A stretch of DNA of 64,000 nt from Camelus dromedarius. Lineage: Eukaryota. This document shows positions 26,511 through 39,159 of the stretch, one piece after another (the first letter of the stretch is position 1; every line of letters begins with the position of its first letter). Where the stretch lies: contig NC_087437.1 of assembly GCF_036321535.1 (NCBI RefSeq), positions 87,856,001 to 87,920,000 on the forward strand, in the 5' to 3' direction. The position numbers were made by a program, and so were the translations under genes. The notes beneath the pieces are model-generated. The model made no database searches, had not been told where the DNA came from, and was given only the letters and a program-made list of their open reading frames with translations.

Positions 26511-28497
26511 TACAGCTGTGATAGGAAGACAATGCTAAAGATGCTGGGCACTGGACTAGTTTTATTTTTTCAACCTTGGTCATTCAGTTACTTACCAAGA
26601 CAGCGCATGAAGTGAACCTGACATGTCATACAGCCTTCAATCGACTTCCAGACACCCACCCAAATCCCCACCTCCCATTGTAGGTAACATCATGGGACCT
26701 GTCCAGCCTCTGGCAAGGTTTTTGATGTTTTCCATCTTTGTCACTACTTTAGATTAAGCTTTTACCTGTAGGCCCTTGTTAAAATGCACATCTGTCGCCC
26801 AGGAGGTTAGAAGAGCCCACGTGTTTGTCCAGAAAGCAGGCCCGTAGCGGCCTGTCAGTGTTCGTGAAGAGGAAGCCAGGTGTCCTGGCTGGGTCATGAA
26901 CAGGCGGGGTTCCAGGCCCGTCTTTGCTACTCATTTGCTGATGACAAGCCTCAGTTTCCCCAGATGCATTTCCCTATCAACAAGAAACTGTATTCCCAGA
27001 ATTGTACCCAACAGAATTGTTCTCACAGACCTCTAAGATTCTGTCCCGTCTTAAAATTCAATGACTCTATATTCTAAATAGAATATATACTCTGACACTT
27101 CAGCCACCAAGAACAAGGCGATTTGATTTTTTTTAAAGAATAAATACTGTATTTTAAATATCCATACAGTATATCTGCCCATGTAATTTCAAAAAAAAAA
27201 AAGCAAGTAATTCCAGCTTGTTAAATTTAGAATGCTTATATTAAAACCAATTTGACAATACTCTCTGGCACTGTTCCCAGAACATTTTCATTTGATTGGG
27301 AATTGTTTAAATTTTAATCCATTTTAAACCCTTCTCTCCCCTAACTGTGTCACTTTTGAAATAGTGACTGCAATTGCATTGACTCTCTTATTAAATCATG
27401 GCTCTCAGCAGTGTTACTGCTACCCATTTAGATGTTTTTTGGGCCCCGTATAGAACGTGTGGCGGGTGAAGAGAATGCATTTATATGATTATGAGTGTCT
27501 TTCTGTGGATTCCCTTTTGGTTCCAAGAGCACCTGCCCCATATCAGTTATCAATACTCCTGTACAGCTCTCACTGCTCTGATCTTTCCCTTTTAAAACAT
27601 TTGAGAAAATAGCAAAATTGTCTTCCTAGACACTTTTGCCAGCACAAACTCTAGAAAAACAAGCAAAAAGCAAGTCAAACTGTGCAGATTCTATCAGTCA
27701 AACAGGCTCATTTTCTGTAAATTCATAATCGCATGGCTTTTCCCTTCCTTACTAGCACTTTGCTGTACTCTCAGTCAACTCTCAATGCTCATTGGCCTTG
27801 AGAAGAGAAAGTGGAAACAGTGGCAATAGAGGCTGGGGGAAGGGCTTCCAGCAGGACCTCCCGTGGATGCTCGAGCCTCAGCTTCGGTACAGCGCCTTCC
27901 CGGGTCTCTATATCGGGCTTTTATCACTGCATACAGCGACCAACACACACTTTTTCTTAACAACTCTCTCTCTCCACTCACTCCTTTACTGATCCAACCA
28001 CTTCTGAGACTGAAATTTACCTTTTATCCTAAGAGCTACCATACTTTAAGCAACAACTAGTCCCAGGCACTGAGTTACCCACGTCACATAAATTTCATCA
28101 CTTAATCCTTACACAGTCTTACAAGTCAGAAATAACCTTGTTTGTTAAAATTAGGGAAATAATTTGCACAATGTCCACAGACAATAAAGAGTTGCGTCTA
28201 GATGAACACCCAGTACTGTCTCACTATTTAAAATGTGTATTTGTTTAAAAGGAATAATAACCAGGGTATAGTACTGGATGAGCACAAAAGTGACAGAGCT
28301 GGTAGTATGGTTTGATCAAAACTATAACATCTACATGTGTGTAGGAAAGACTCAGCTAATGACTTCCATGATCTCCATATTCCTTGACTGGAAATGGCAT
28401 TTGGTAACACTGAGGATAAGTGCTACCAAAACTTAAGTTTCGGTCAGCCTGACTTTTATTGTCCTAACACTTCTTTCTCATGTACAAGAAAGTCTAG

Positions 28498-28823
28498 GGC
28501 AGTGTTGTTCGACAGAAATACAACGTGAGAAATTCAGGTCACTTATGTAACAGCAAAGTTTCTTGTAGCCATATTAAAAAGGTAAAATGAAACAGGTAAA
28601 GCTAATTTTAATAATATATTTTACTTAACCCAGTATAACCAACATACTATCATTTTAACATGCAATCAATATTAAAAATATTGACATAACTTTCTTTCTT
28701 ATTTTTTCATAAGCCTTTGAAATCCAGTGTGCATTTTATGCTAACAGTATATCTTAGTTCAGACTAGCCACAGTGTAAGTGCTCTTAGCCAGATGCTAAG
28801 TGACTATCGTATTGGACCACAGG
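28498..28823. mobile_element. MER33-like (hAT-Charlie)
   Basis: tagccatattaaaaaggtaaaa...aattttaataatatattttacttaaccc...aaatccagtgtgcatttta...gactagccaca. Confidence 0.82.
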
Positions 28824-29205
28824 TCAGGAAAGTGGCTGCTGGGGCTAGATTCCTAGTAGTTCACAGGGCTTTTCCCTCATATTTAACACCTCAAGTTCAT
28901 GAAATAGTTACCATACCAGGTATTGTATCACTATTGAAAGCAAGAACAGGGAGGAGCCACTACCAGTAAAATCCTTCCCAGAAAAACCTCTATTTACGTC
29001 TGTGAACTGTGTCCCAAAGTGACCCTTCATCACAAGAGGTGCTGGGAAAGTGAGAAATTAGGTTTTTCCAGTTTCCAGTGGCAGTATAAGGAGAAGGGGA
29101 TGGGAAGCAGAACTCTATTTGCTAAGCAGCTTGGTCAGCCATAGGTATTGATTTAAAAAAAAAAAAAACAAAAAAGAATATATTTTAAGCAAAGAGAAAT
29201 TCTAG

Positions 29206-29675
29206 TGTGAAATAAAATTCATATTTGATAGCAAGACAAGAAAAATTTAAACATGAAACACTCTTCTCTGCCCTTCGGCCTTCTCTCGGTGGCCCCCACT
29301 GTGCACTGCGTACCTGTATCAGGCATCCACCAAGCCTCCCCCATCGGCCGGAATACCTGCTCAACCATGAAGAGCAACCTTCTCCCGGCATCAACGAGAC
29401 ACTTCCTTGAAAGATAACATTCCTCCGTGATCTTGTAAGGGGTCACATGACCCATCAGGATGACGCTTAGATCTGGATTATATAAACTGTCAATAATACA
29501 TCATTTGATGTACAGCCCTCTCTCCCAAAAAACTTGTATAACTGTGCCTTGATTTCTAACTGGAGGAAAAGTTCTCAGAGCTTTCTGAGATGCTCTTACC
29601 AGATTATAAGCCTCAAATTTGGCTCGAATAAAATTTTCCCTTTCTTTCTTAGATCGACTAATTTTTTTGTCAACA
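29206..29675 (+). mobile_element. Solo ERV1-type LTR
   Basis: TG...CAACA termini, flanks CTAG/CTGG, TATA-like box near 29547, AATAAA near 29627, retained CpGs. Confidence 0.8.
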
Positions 29676-32600
29676 CTGGGAATCACAGAAACATGCTGTT
29701 TCATTTTTGTAATATTTATATAATATTTAACTAAATAATAAATATTTTCCTTTCAGAACAATATGTGTCTAGCTCACTCACACCATTTGCCAGGAGAGAG
29801 AGTAAAGGAGCATCAGGAACGAAGCATCTGGGGAGAACAGTGGTTCTCAGAAGATAAGAGTTTCAACCTCACTTTCCCCCCCGATCTTTCCATGGTGAGC
29901 CTTCCATGAATATGTGTACATACTGAACATCAAATATAACACTATTTGTTCAAATTCCTATTGAGCTAATGTCAATGTTCATTTTAATACATCACAATCT
30001 AAATATGTATTTCTCTTAATAGTTTATATTTCTTCCCAGTCATCTCTTTCCCAAATAGCAAAAAATAGATCTAAAATAATACCATCTTAATATCAACAAA
30101 ATTCCATAGCTACCTTAATAAAAAGGAAAAAGATCTTTAGCTTCAGAAAAATGAAGAATATATAGCTTTGACATAATTAACGTTGGAATTTGAGTAACAA
30201 GAAATGGAAGCAAATTAGCTAATAACTTATACTGTGGATAGTTTGAATTCCTCTGTCCAATGGTACAGATACTACATGTTATGGTAAGCTTAAGTTTTGT
30301 ATTCTAAAGTATTTCTGTATGTCCTCTCTTCCTACAAAAATCCTAAAAATATACTCACTTATCTTAAACCATGATATGACATGGCATATTCTACTAATAG
30401 TAGAAAACTAATCTGTAATGAAGTTATTCCATTGAATGTAAATTAAAGTTGTTATTTTGTTTATTCAGTTTTAAATATGAGTCCATACATGTATATATAG
30501 GCGTTCATATAACCAATGCTCTAAATATTCAAACAGCCCATCAGGTCATCTAATGGGATTTGTGAAGCAAAGTTGCCATAAACTAGAATATAGGGCACAT
30601 GGCATGAGCTGACAACTACAAGCATAAAATTCCTTAGTTGAAAACATGAATGAATTTAAACCATCAGAGAAATTAGGTCAATAACATAGTCTTTAACTGT
30701 AATCTCCTGAGATATGCATTTTGAAAAGGAGTAGAAATCCTTGGATTCTGCACCAGGAGGAGTAATCCCATTATAACTTCACTACACTGTAGCGATTGAG
30801 ATGAACTTTGTACCACATTATATGAAGGTCACGTGTTGACCTCGCCACAACTAAGCCGCAGCTTCAAGAGATTTTATGATTGTTGCTTAATACATTAAAA
30901 ACCAAATAAAAGAATAATTTGTGCAACCTAATATTACCACTAATACCATTAATATCACTTGAAATCCTCTTTTCTTTTTAAATACTTGATGGCGTATCAA
31001 ATGGTTGCATAGCCCCTATGCGCATATGGATGCCTGACTCCTAAACTCTATGACACCAGATAATAATGCACACTATAAATCAGCCAGTGACTCCTTAATG
31101 ACATAAACTCAGTGCCTGAATTGCCAGTGGATCATACTTTCCCATCATTATGATACTAAGTAAATATGCACTCAGGGCTGTTAACACCACTCTGGACTTT
31201 GACACGTGCCACCACTCAGGGTGCCGATGACCAGCTACGCAAATGCTTCGCATAGATCTACTATATTGCCATTGCCATGCATTCCTTGGAGACCTTAAAA
31301 GTGATGGTTGTGTCACCTGAAAGTGACATAAGATCACAACGTTCTATTTGAGAATACTGTCCAATTGATGATTATTTCAAAATGTAAGAGAGAAAATACT
31401 TTAATTCTAATTAATTAAAAAGACTGAGGGGATTCATTTAAATTCAAATAAGAACTATGACTTCCCCGCCAGCACCTCTCCTTGACTTACACACACACGC
31501 AAAAGACCTTTAGTGCTGCAGACTTTGATGAAAGTTTGGAGAGAGAGAGAAATTTTGAAGAATCAAGAAGTTAAAATGCAATGTTAGATCCTTACTTCTA
31601 AGTGCCTTTCATGGCCCTATTATGTGACTCTACCCTCCTCTCTGCTGTCTGCTCTCTGCCCTTCCCCTCTCTGCTCTTTGCCCATCCTTTAGAAAGAAAA
31701 AAAAAATTCTCCTATCTTCTTACAGAGTAATCCAGCTATCGCCAGCCCCAGTACTGAAACTCAGCAAAGCCATACGTTTTGCAAATCCAAAGTTATATTA
31801 ATGAGCGCTTACTCTTTCACGTCCTATGCATATTTGCTGAAATAAAGGAAAAGTATAGTGGTATGACTTATAATACGATCCTTAGAAACCTTGACAGGTT
31901 TATTTTTAATGAATTTTTCTTTTATAAATGGATCAAATATTTAAACAGCCTGAAATCTAACTGTTTGCAGTTTAGAGTTATGTTCACGTAAACCAAGTAT
32001 TGGTCTAAAGTGTAAGTTAGTAATTGTGTCACTTAAAAAAAAATCTAAATAAGTATTAAAAATAAATAATTTGTAGAAAACAAACTTATGGTTACCAAAT
32101 AAGTCTTCTTGGGTAAGTGGTATGTAAGGCATCCAATTGTGAATTAGTCACTTTTCTGTAAAGACACAGGAAGTATGAATAATATCATTTTATTTAAAAT
32201 AGTCGTATATGTGGCGGACAGAAATTTTGGAATTAGAAAAGGATGCAAACTTACATAATGAGTTTGATAATCTGCAACAGATAAAATCCATTTATATGCA
32301 AAATTACTATTTATAAAAATGTCTACATCTTATTTTTGAAAATTATAAATGAGTATTACATGCATCAAAAGATAATAAATTATCTTGGGACTTGGGAAAT
32401 TATTGGATCATTATCAACTAATAATTCAACTAGAGTTTAAAGAGCTGTCTAAACTGGAGATTATTCTAGTAGTCTAACAGCAATATTGACATCATTTCAA
32501 AGACTTTTAGAAATGCCAAAACACTTGATTGCATCAAACTCTAATGTGCACTACACAATTTAAAGGCCTAACTAGCAATAAAAAAAAAAAATTGTGCATA

Positions 32601-33932
32601 TATAACAAACAATTTACCAGTCACATAAGTCAAATCTTTCATGTTTCCTTACACTTGAGTGTCTACATTTGAAACTTGAAAGAATTTTGCATTTAATTTT
32701 ATGACTTGAAAAAATGTAAGCTAAAATACATCTATCAACTAATCATATAAAAACAACAAATCCAAGCATTAAAAAAGAGCCATTAAGGATAATCTCATAA
32801 ATAATGAAGTAAATGTGTGTTCTCTATTCATTACTAAATTTTAGTTTTAAAGTTTAGCACTTACTTTGTTACAGTCAAATACATATAATTTTATAGAATT
32901 TTTTAAATAGTCCCAAATGTTAATTATGCTTATCTCCATGAGGTTATTGAGGTTCAGAGAGTTTAGGCAACTTTCCCACATTCATATAGCAAGCCAGTGG
33001 GAAGGTAAGAGGTTGATTCCAACATTGAGGTTCTTAGTCACCCTTCTAGAATCCCTCACATAAGACTCTGAGAAATAGAAACCTAAAATAGCTGTTTGGA
33101 AGGTAACACTTTCTGAATATATACGTGTGACAACTAGCAGTTCAAGTTCCCAGTAACTTTATCTCACCAAAAGAAATGCATAGTATAATTTATGAATTGA
33201 TAAACCAGATATATCAAATATCCTTGATTCTACAACATATGTTTTAAAGCGCCAGCATTTTCTGTACTTTGTCTTTTGATCAAAGAAACCTTCACATTTC
33301 CAGGCAGGGTATTTCCTTAGCCTCTAAGAACTTAACGAGTATACACCCAGAAGCATCTGCTTATTGTCTTGTATAGCACAACATGTGGTTGAATTTTAAC
33401 TAAAAATTTGCATTACTAATTATGAGGAAATTATCCCAAGAATATTTAATTTTCATTAAAATGTAGCATTGAAATAAAAATCTTCTCAGTTTTTTTCCCC
33501 TATAAAAGGGTCTAGGGCAGTTTTAATGAAAATTAAAAATTCTTGTAAAGATTAAGTGTAAAGCCTTAGAACAGTACTGGGCATGCAGTAGGCACTCAAT
33601 GAATGTTTGCCATTCCATGACAATGCTAATTATGAGGCAGAGGAGGAGGAGGATGTGGAAGAGCATGGAAACAACTGCAGGCTATAAACTTACAAATGGA
33701 ACGAGAAGAACATTTCAACAAAAGCATGACCTACTTAATTTTTTGCATGGCAATAACCAGGTCCTTACAGGACCTAGAAATGGGTGACACTTCCAAGGAA
33801 ATAAAGCTGTTTCATATTGTCATTGAAACATATCCAAAAATGTCACTTTAAACTCATGTTGTTTAAAGTACAGCTCACGTTTTCTCCCCATCAAAGAGCA
33901 TGGAAACGACACCACTCCCTGTGCTGTTACCA

Positions 33933-34369
33933 CTTACAGTGAAGTGAATAGTGTCCCCCCCAAATTCATGTTCACTTCAAGAGTGTGACCTTATTGGAAA
34001 CAGGGTCTTTGCAGATGTAATTAGTTAAGATGAGGCCATACTGGATTGGCATGGGCCCTAAATCCAATGACTAATCTCCTTGTAAGAAGAGGAAGGGACC
34101 CACAGAGGCACAGGAAAGAAGATCATGTAAAGGCAGAGATTAGAATAATGTGACTATAAGCCTAGGAACATCAAGGAACGCCAGGAGCCACTAGAAGCTA
34201 GAAAGAGGCAAAGAAGGACTTTTCCCCAGAGGCTTCAGAGGGCGCATGGCCCTGCCTACTCCTTAGTTTCACACTTTTAGCCTCCTCAACTGTGAAAGAA
34301 TACATTTCTGTTGTCTTAAGCCACCAAGTTTGTGGTATTTTGTCACGGCAGCCCTAGAAAACTAAGACA
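33933..34369 (+). mobile_element. MaLR LTR (MLT1C-like)
   Basis: gtgaccttattggaaacagggtctttgcagatgtaattagttaagatgagg...aagccaccaagtttgtggta...actaagaca. Confidence 0.88.
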
Positions 34370-34399
34370 CTACGTCTGCACGTCCACCCCTCTTGCTGT

Positions 34400-34903
34400 T
34401 GTTACTGAGTCCAGGCTTGTACTGTTCGTCGCATGACAGCTCAATAAATCAAGGGACAAGTAGTGGGGGCAAGGAATAGTGACTTTACTAAAAAAGCCAG
34501 CAGACGGAGAAGATGGTACACTAGTGTCCCGAAGAAACTTCTTACCTGAGTTCGGATTCTGGCTTCTTTCCTACTAAAAGCGGAGGGAGTAAAGTCGAGC
34601 ATTTCCTAGCTCTGGTCAGCCTTTGACAGAGTCGGGGTAGGGGTGGGAGTGGGGGGTATGTTAATTTCTTCCAGCCTACAGTCATCCACAGGTGGGCCTG
34701 GTCAGCATGTTTCCTGTGAGCTAAACAAATGTATTTTAGCTTAACGCTCATTACCTGGGAGCCAGGGTTCCCAGAGATGGGCTGTTAAGTGTAATTTAAG
34801 CTTTTAGGCAACATCCCTTTAGTGATTAACTTGTAGCAAAAACAATAGAATACAGTAAAAGAAACAGATCCGAATGGAGTCAGACTTGTTCATCCCTATT
34901 GCA
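34400..34903 (-). mobile_element. Solo ERV1-type LTR, same family as 11683-12172
   Basis: Collinear reverse-complement similarity along its length. Confidence 0.85.
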
Positions 34904-35184
34904 GTCTCCTGCCTAAATGCTCACTCCCTTTTTATCCCAGTGAATTCATCCAACTCTTCTCTGAACCTCAGTGCAGACCTCACTGACTCTCCCTGATCTC
35001 CTAATTATCTTTCTTCCAACAGCTAAAGCCTGGGAATCCATCCCTCACAATTTAGTAACAAGCTGTTAGATCTTTATGGGGAGAGCCAGATCTCAAATTT
35101 GTTTAGCCCCTCAATGTCCAGCACTTACAAGATGCTCAAGAAAAGTGCCCGAGCAATTAGGTCTGGGGCACAGGCTCTGACTCA

Positions 35185-35420
35185 GATTAAGAGCACAGTC
35201 CCTGGGACCAGACAACCAGGGTTCAGACCCTGGCTTCGCTCATTATAGATCCATAATGTGGCACAACTTCTCATGTATCCTCTGTGCCTCACTTGCCTCA
35301 GGTGTAGAATGGGGATAATAGCAGTATTTATGTTGTAAAGTTTTTCCAAGAGACTGAGTTAACACTATAAAGCATTTCAAACAGTTGCTAGCACACAGTA
35401 AGTCCTTGAAGCTATTATCT
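35185..35420 (+). mobile_element. MIR SINE
   Basis: ttaagagcac...gggttcagaccctggc...ctctgtgcctca...aatggggataata...gcacacagtaag. Confidence 0.8.
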
Positions 35421-35651
35421 TTTTTATTCCAACTATTACAATATCCAGAGAAAATACATATTAAAATACATCTGTTTAAGATTAGGTGTGGACAGATGTT
35501 GCTAAAAAGGAGCCCTGAGTGAACTAAGTAGGCAAAAACAATTAGTCAAGTGTTCTGCTCTTCAACTCCCCGCCCCCCATCAATTATTTTCTGGTATAAT
35601 CAGAAAAGATACTGTTTTGGGAGGAATCGACTCGACATTTCTTTTCCTAAC

Positions 35652-36113
35652 TGTGTAATGGTTAATCATGTGTCTCAACTTCACTGGGCTAAAAGGTGCC
35701 AAAGGAGTTGGTGAAACATTATTTCTGGGTGTGTCTGTGAGGGTGTTCCAAGAAGAGACTGGCATTTAAATTGGTGAACTAAGTAAAGATCATCTTCTCT
35801 AATCGCATGTGAACATCCCACTCATGGGGAGCCAACAGAACAGAAAAGTAGAGGAAGGCGGAATTTGCTCTATCTGAGCTGGGATATCCATCTTTTCCTG
35901 CCCTTGGGTATCAGCACTCCTGGCTCTTAGGCCTTCAGATTGGGATCAGTACTTACATAATTGGCCCCCAGGTAGCTTCTCAGGCATTTCAGTTCCAGAC
36001 TGAATTACACCACTGGTTTTCCTGGTCCTTCAATTTGCAGGTGGCACAGTCACACTTCTTGACCTCTATAATGGCATGAAACAATTCCTTCAATAAATCT
36101 CTTCATAGGTAAG

Positions 36114-36193
<80 letters not shown>

Positions 36194-36260
36194 TAGATAG
36201 GTAGGTAGATAGATCAATCAATCCTATTGGTTCTGTTTCTCTGGAGAACCCTGAATAACA
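35652..36260 (+). mobile_element. ERVL LTR (MLT2B/D-like)
   Basis: atggttaat...aaacattatttctgggtgtgtctgtgagggtgtt...tcctattggttctgtttctctggagaaccctga. Confidence 0.88.
36114..36215. repeat. (GATA)n(GACA)n microsatellite inside the MLT2 LTR
   Basis: Directly visible. Confidence 0.97.
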
Positions 36261-36267
36261 ATGTAAG

Positions 36268-36683
36268 TGTTAGGTAGTTTAGATAGAAATGAGCGCTGGG
36301 CAGGGGGAGAGGAAGGGGAAAGGAAAAATCCAGAAATTTCTACTTTCTCTAAATGAGGGCCAGTAAAAGAAGCCAGTTAAAATCAAAACGCTGCAGCTGG
36401 ACCTGCCCAAAAAGGGAATGGGCATGCCAGAGCACAGGCAACCTAAGCTGTCAATCAATCAATCGCAAAACCAGGATATGAAAACAGGAAAAACAAAGGA
36501 ATGGCGCCATTTTTCCTCTCTTGGATCAGCCCACTCCCAATTCTCAGCAATGTACTATTTTTTACTTTTTTTATTTCACTAATAAAAATCTTGCTTATAT
36601 CACGCTTTCTGTCTCTTGTCAAAAATCTTTTTTTCAGGTGACTAAGAACTGAGGTAATTCTTATTTTCCTTTTCCTGGTAACA
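36268..36683 (+). mobile_element. Solo ERV1-type LTR
   Basis: TGTTA...TAACA inverted termini, perfect TAAG TSD, AATAAA near 36581. Confidence 0.85.
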
Positions 36684-38254
36684 TAAGGAATAACCTTGCC
36701 CTTCTTAGAAAATATTAGCCAATATTCCAAATATCCTCATATGACTTATTAATCCTAAAACCCCTTATCTCTCAGGAGTTTCCCTCATCTTTAATATCCT
36801 CTCTCTTTTCCCTAGGCAAATCCCACTCCCTCTTTTAAGTCCAGTCTCCTACGTGTGACATGATTACTTTCCCAATTACTCAAGCCCACCCCAATCCTTT
36901 CTTCCTGTGAAGACTTCTAATACACCATAGCATAGAATTCAGCACACAATCAAATACCAATAATCTATAATTTTTATGTACATATATTCTGTTTTCACTA
37001 AACTGTGAGTTTAAGAGAAGAACCAGCAATTTAGCAAGAGATTGATTCTAAAGTCCATTCTCTTGATTGTATTTATGTGTTTAAATCTGTATTTCTTAAC
37101 ATAATGGTAAACCGTTTAATATAGTCAGAATATTCTAGACATTAAAATACCTTTCCTAGGCCATTTAAGTAAACTTTTACTTTAAAAAAAAATTGGGGAG
37201 GGATAATTTATCTGCTTTATTTGGCCCAAATAAAAATTTTTTTGGTAATATATATCTTGCTATTTGATTGTTACGTTTATAGAATAATAATGAGAAAGTT
37301 GTAAGAAAAGGCCCAAAAGGAAAGTTTCAGAGAAATGAAATCATTTAGACTAAAGAAGTCAAATGGATGAAATAAGTAAGGTTAGTGTTATATTTGATGA
37401 AAACTTGAGCTTCAATTTCTGCAGAAAGGAGCCAGGTAAGACATAAGACAAAATTTATGAAGAGGTAAATTTATAAAAGATAAAACCAAGAGAGAAAGGG
37501 ACAAAGATGTTCCTCTTTTTAAATTACTGAAGAAAATAACTCTCTGAATAAGATAGTTTCCTGTTCTGTCTAAAAGCCTGGGGATGGGTAAGAAGGTCTG
37601 TTCTGTAAATCCTGAAATCTACTTGAAAGAAACATATATTAAACATTTTTTTAACTATCATCTGTAATTTTACTCCTGCTGATTTTCCTCAGAGTGATGA
37701 TTACAATCAATTCTTTAACCTTTTTAATTACAGGAAAATGGGCAGCTTAATTACACATCATGGGGTAAAGTACAGTGGGAAAGCAGCTGCAATGGTTGGA
37801 ATTCAGGTAAAAGAGCAATAAAGACATTGTAAAGAAAAACAATACTCATCAAGTCAAATAAATAAGCTGTAAGAAAAGGCAATCAGAGAAGTAGAAAGAG
37901 AAAATAGCCATCTATATTTGTTTAATTTGATATTTTAATTAATTAACGAACTTAGGGGAAGACAAAATATCTCTAAACCTGTCAAGTAAATTTTAAATAG
38001 AATAAGACCTACTAATGTTTTGACAACAGAGATATTGTCAGGCTACCTGCTCTATCCTCATCCCCTAACACAGTCCTTGGAACTTTTGTTGCAATCACAG
38101 AGAACTCAGGTATATGGCAGGCACATCCAAACTGAACCCAGATAGAAAGCATGAAAGCCTCAGGGCACTGATACAGATGTCATGAAACAACACTCTTCAA
38201 GTTTAAGCTTTAACTTATTGGACTGCCCTTGAATCCATGTCAGCCAAGGAAAGA

Positions 38255-38560
38255 GAGGCATTCATTCACTCATTTATAAGCATTTATTGCACACCCATTA
38301 TGCACCAAGCATAGCACTAAGGACTAGTGCAGAAGGGCAAGGTCTGACCTTGCATCCGAGCACAAGGTCACCCAAATTAGTAAGAGGGGCAGAAGAGTTT
38401 CTGGGGACAGATGCATGTAGGCTAGTTGACTGGGTGGTGTAGAGACGAGGAACAGCTCTTCAACTTGCTTGTTTCCTCAGTAAAGTAGGAGGCAGATTCA
38501 TCAGCTGAAAGAAGGAAGAGAGGGAGAAGCATTGAAGGTTTAGGAGAGAGGAGAGCATGA
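38255..38560 (-). mobile_element. L2 fragments
   Basis: cattcattcactcattt...catttattg tail; aagtaggaggcagattcatcagctga. Confidence 0.55.
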
Positions 38561-39059
38561 AACAGACATCTGAGGATGGAAGAGCCAATGACGAGGAAAC
38601 TGACTGCAGGCGGTGCCAAGGGTCCCCATTGTCATGCGTTACTGAGAAATCATTCAGCCTGTTTGTCTACATTCTTCCAGCTATCTTCAGTTGTTCAAGA
38701 GAGGGCACAGAGAGCCAGTCAGATTTAACCAGAATGTTGGTTTTACCAGACAAGTACCACAGATGGAGACAGGAGTCAATAGTCCATATGTAAGAAAAGT
38801 GTCCTTTAAATGAAAAGGGAGCGCTCTAACATTATGCATAAATTCACTTAAAAGTGAAACAGTAATTAAAATCAATTGTAATTCTATTTTTATGTTTATT
38901 TATTGGCTTTTATTAACACTATTAAGTCAGCACGTGAGATCTTCTAGTGTACGAGGGAACTCTGTCTATACAAAACATAAAAAAATAAAAATAATACTCC
39001 ATGTGAGGAAGAAGGCAAGTACAAGTAGAATTAAAGTGCTCAGCTTGAAAATAAGGTCA

Positions 39060-39159
39060 GGGGCTGGGGTATAGCTCAGTGGTAACCAGAGTGTATGCTT
39101 AGCATGCACGAGATCCTGGATTCAATCCCCAGTACCTCCATCAAGAAAAAAAAAAGAAA
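39060..39159 (+). mobile_element. tRNA-derived camelid SINE (Vic-1-like)
   Basis: GGGGTATAGCTCAGTGGTA...GGATTCAATCCCCAGTACCTCCA plus A tail; GAAAATAA repeated on both flanks. Confidence 0.92.

Noticed and set aside
15537..39159. Three tRNA-like sequences (15537, 16877, 39060) as tRNA genes
   Set aside because: A-rich tails, TSDs and divergence identify them as SINEs
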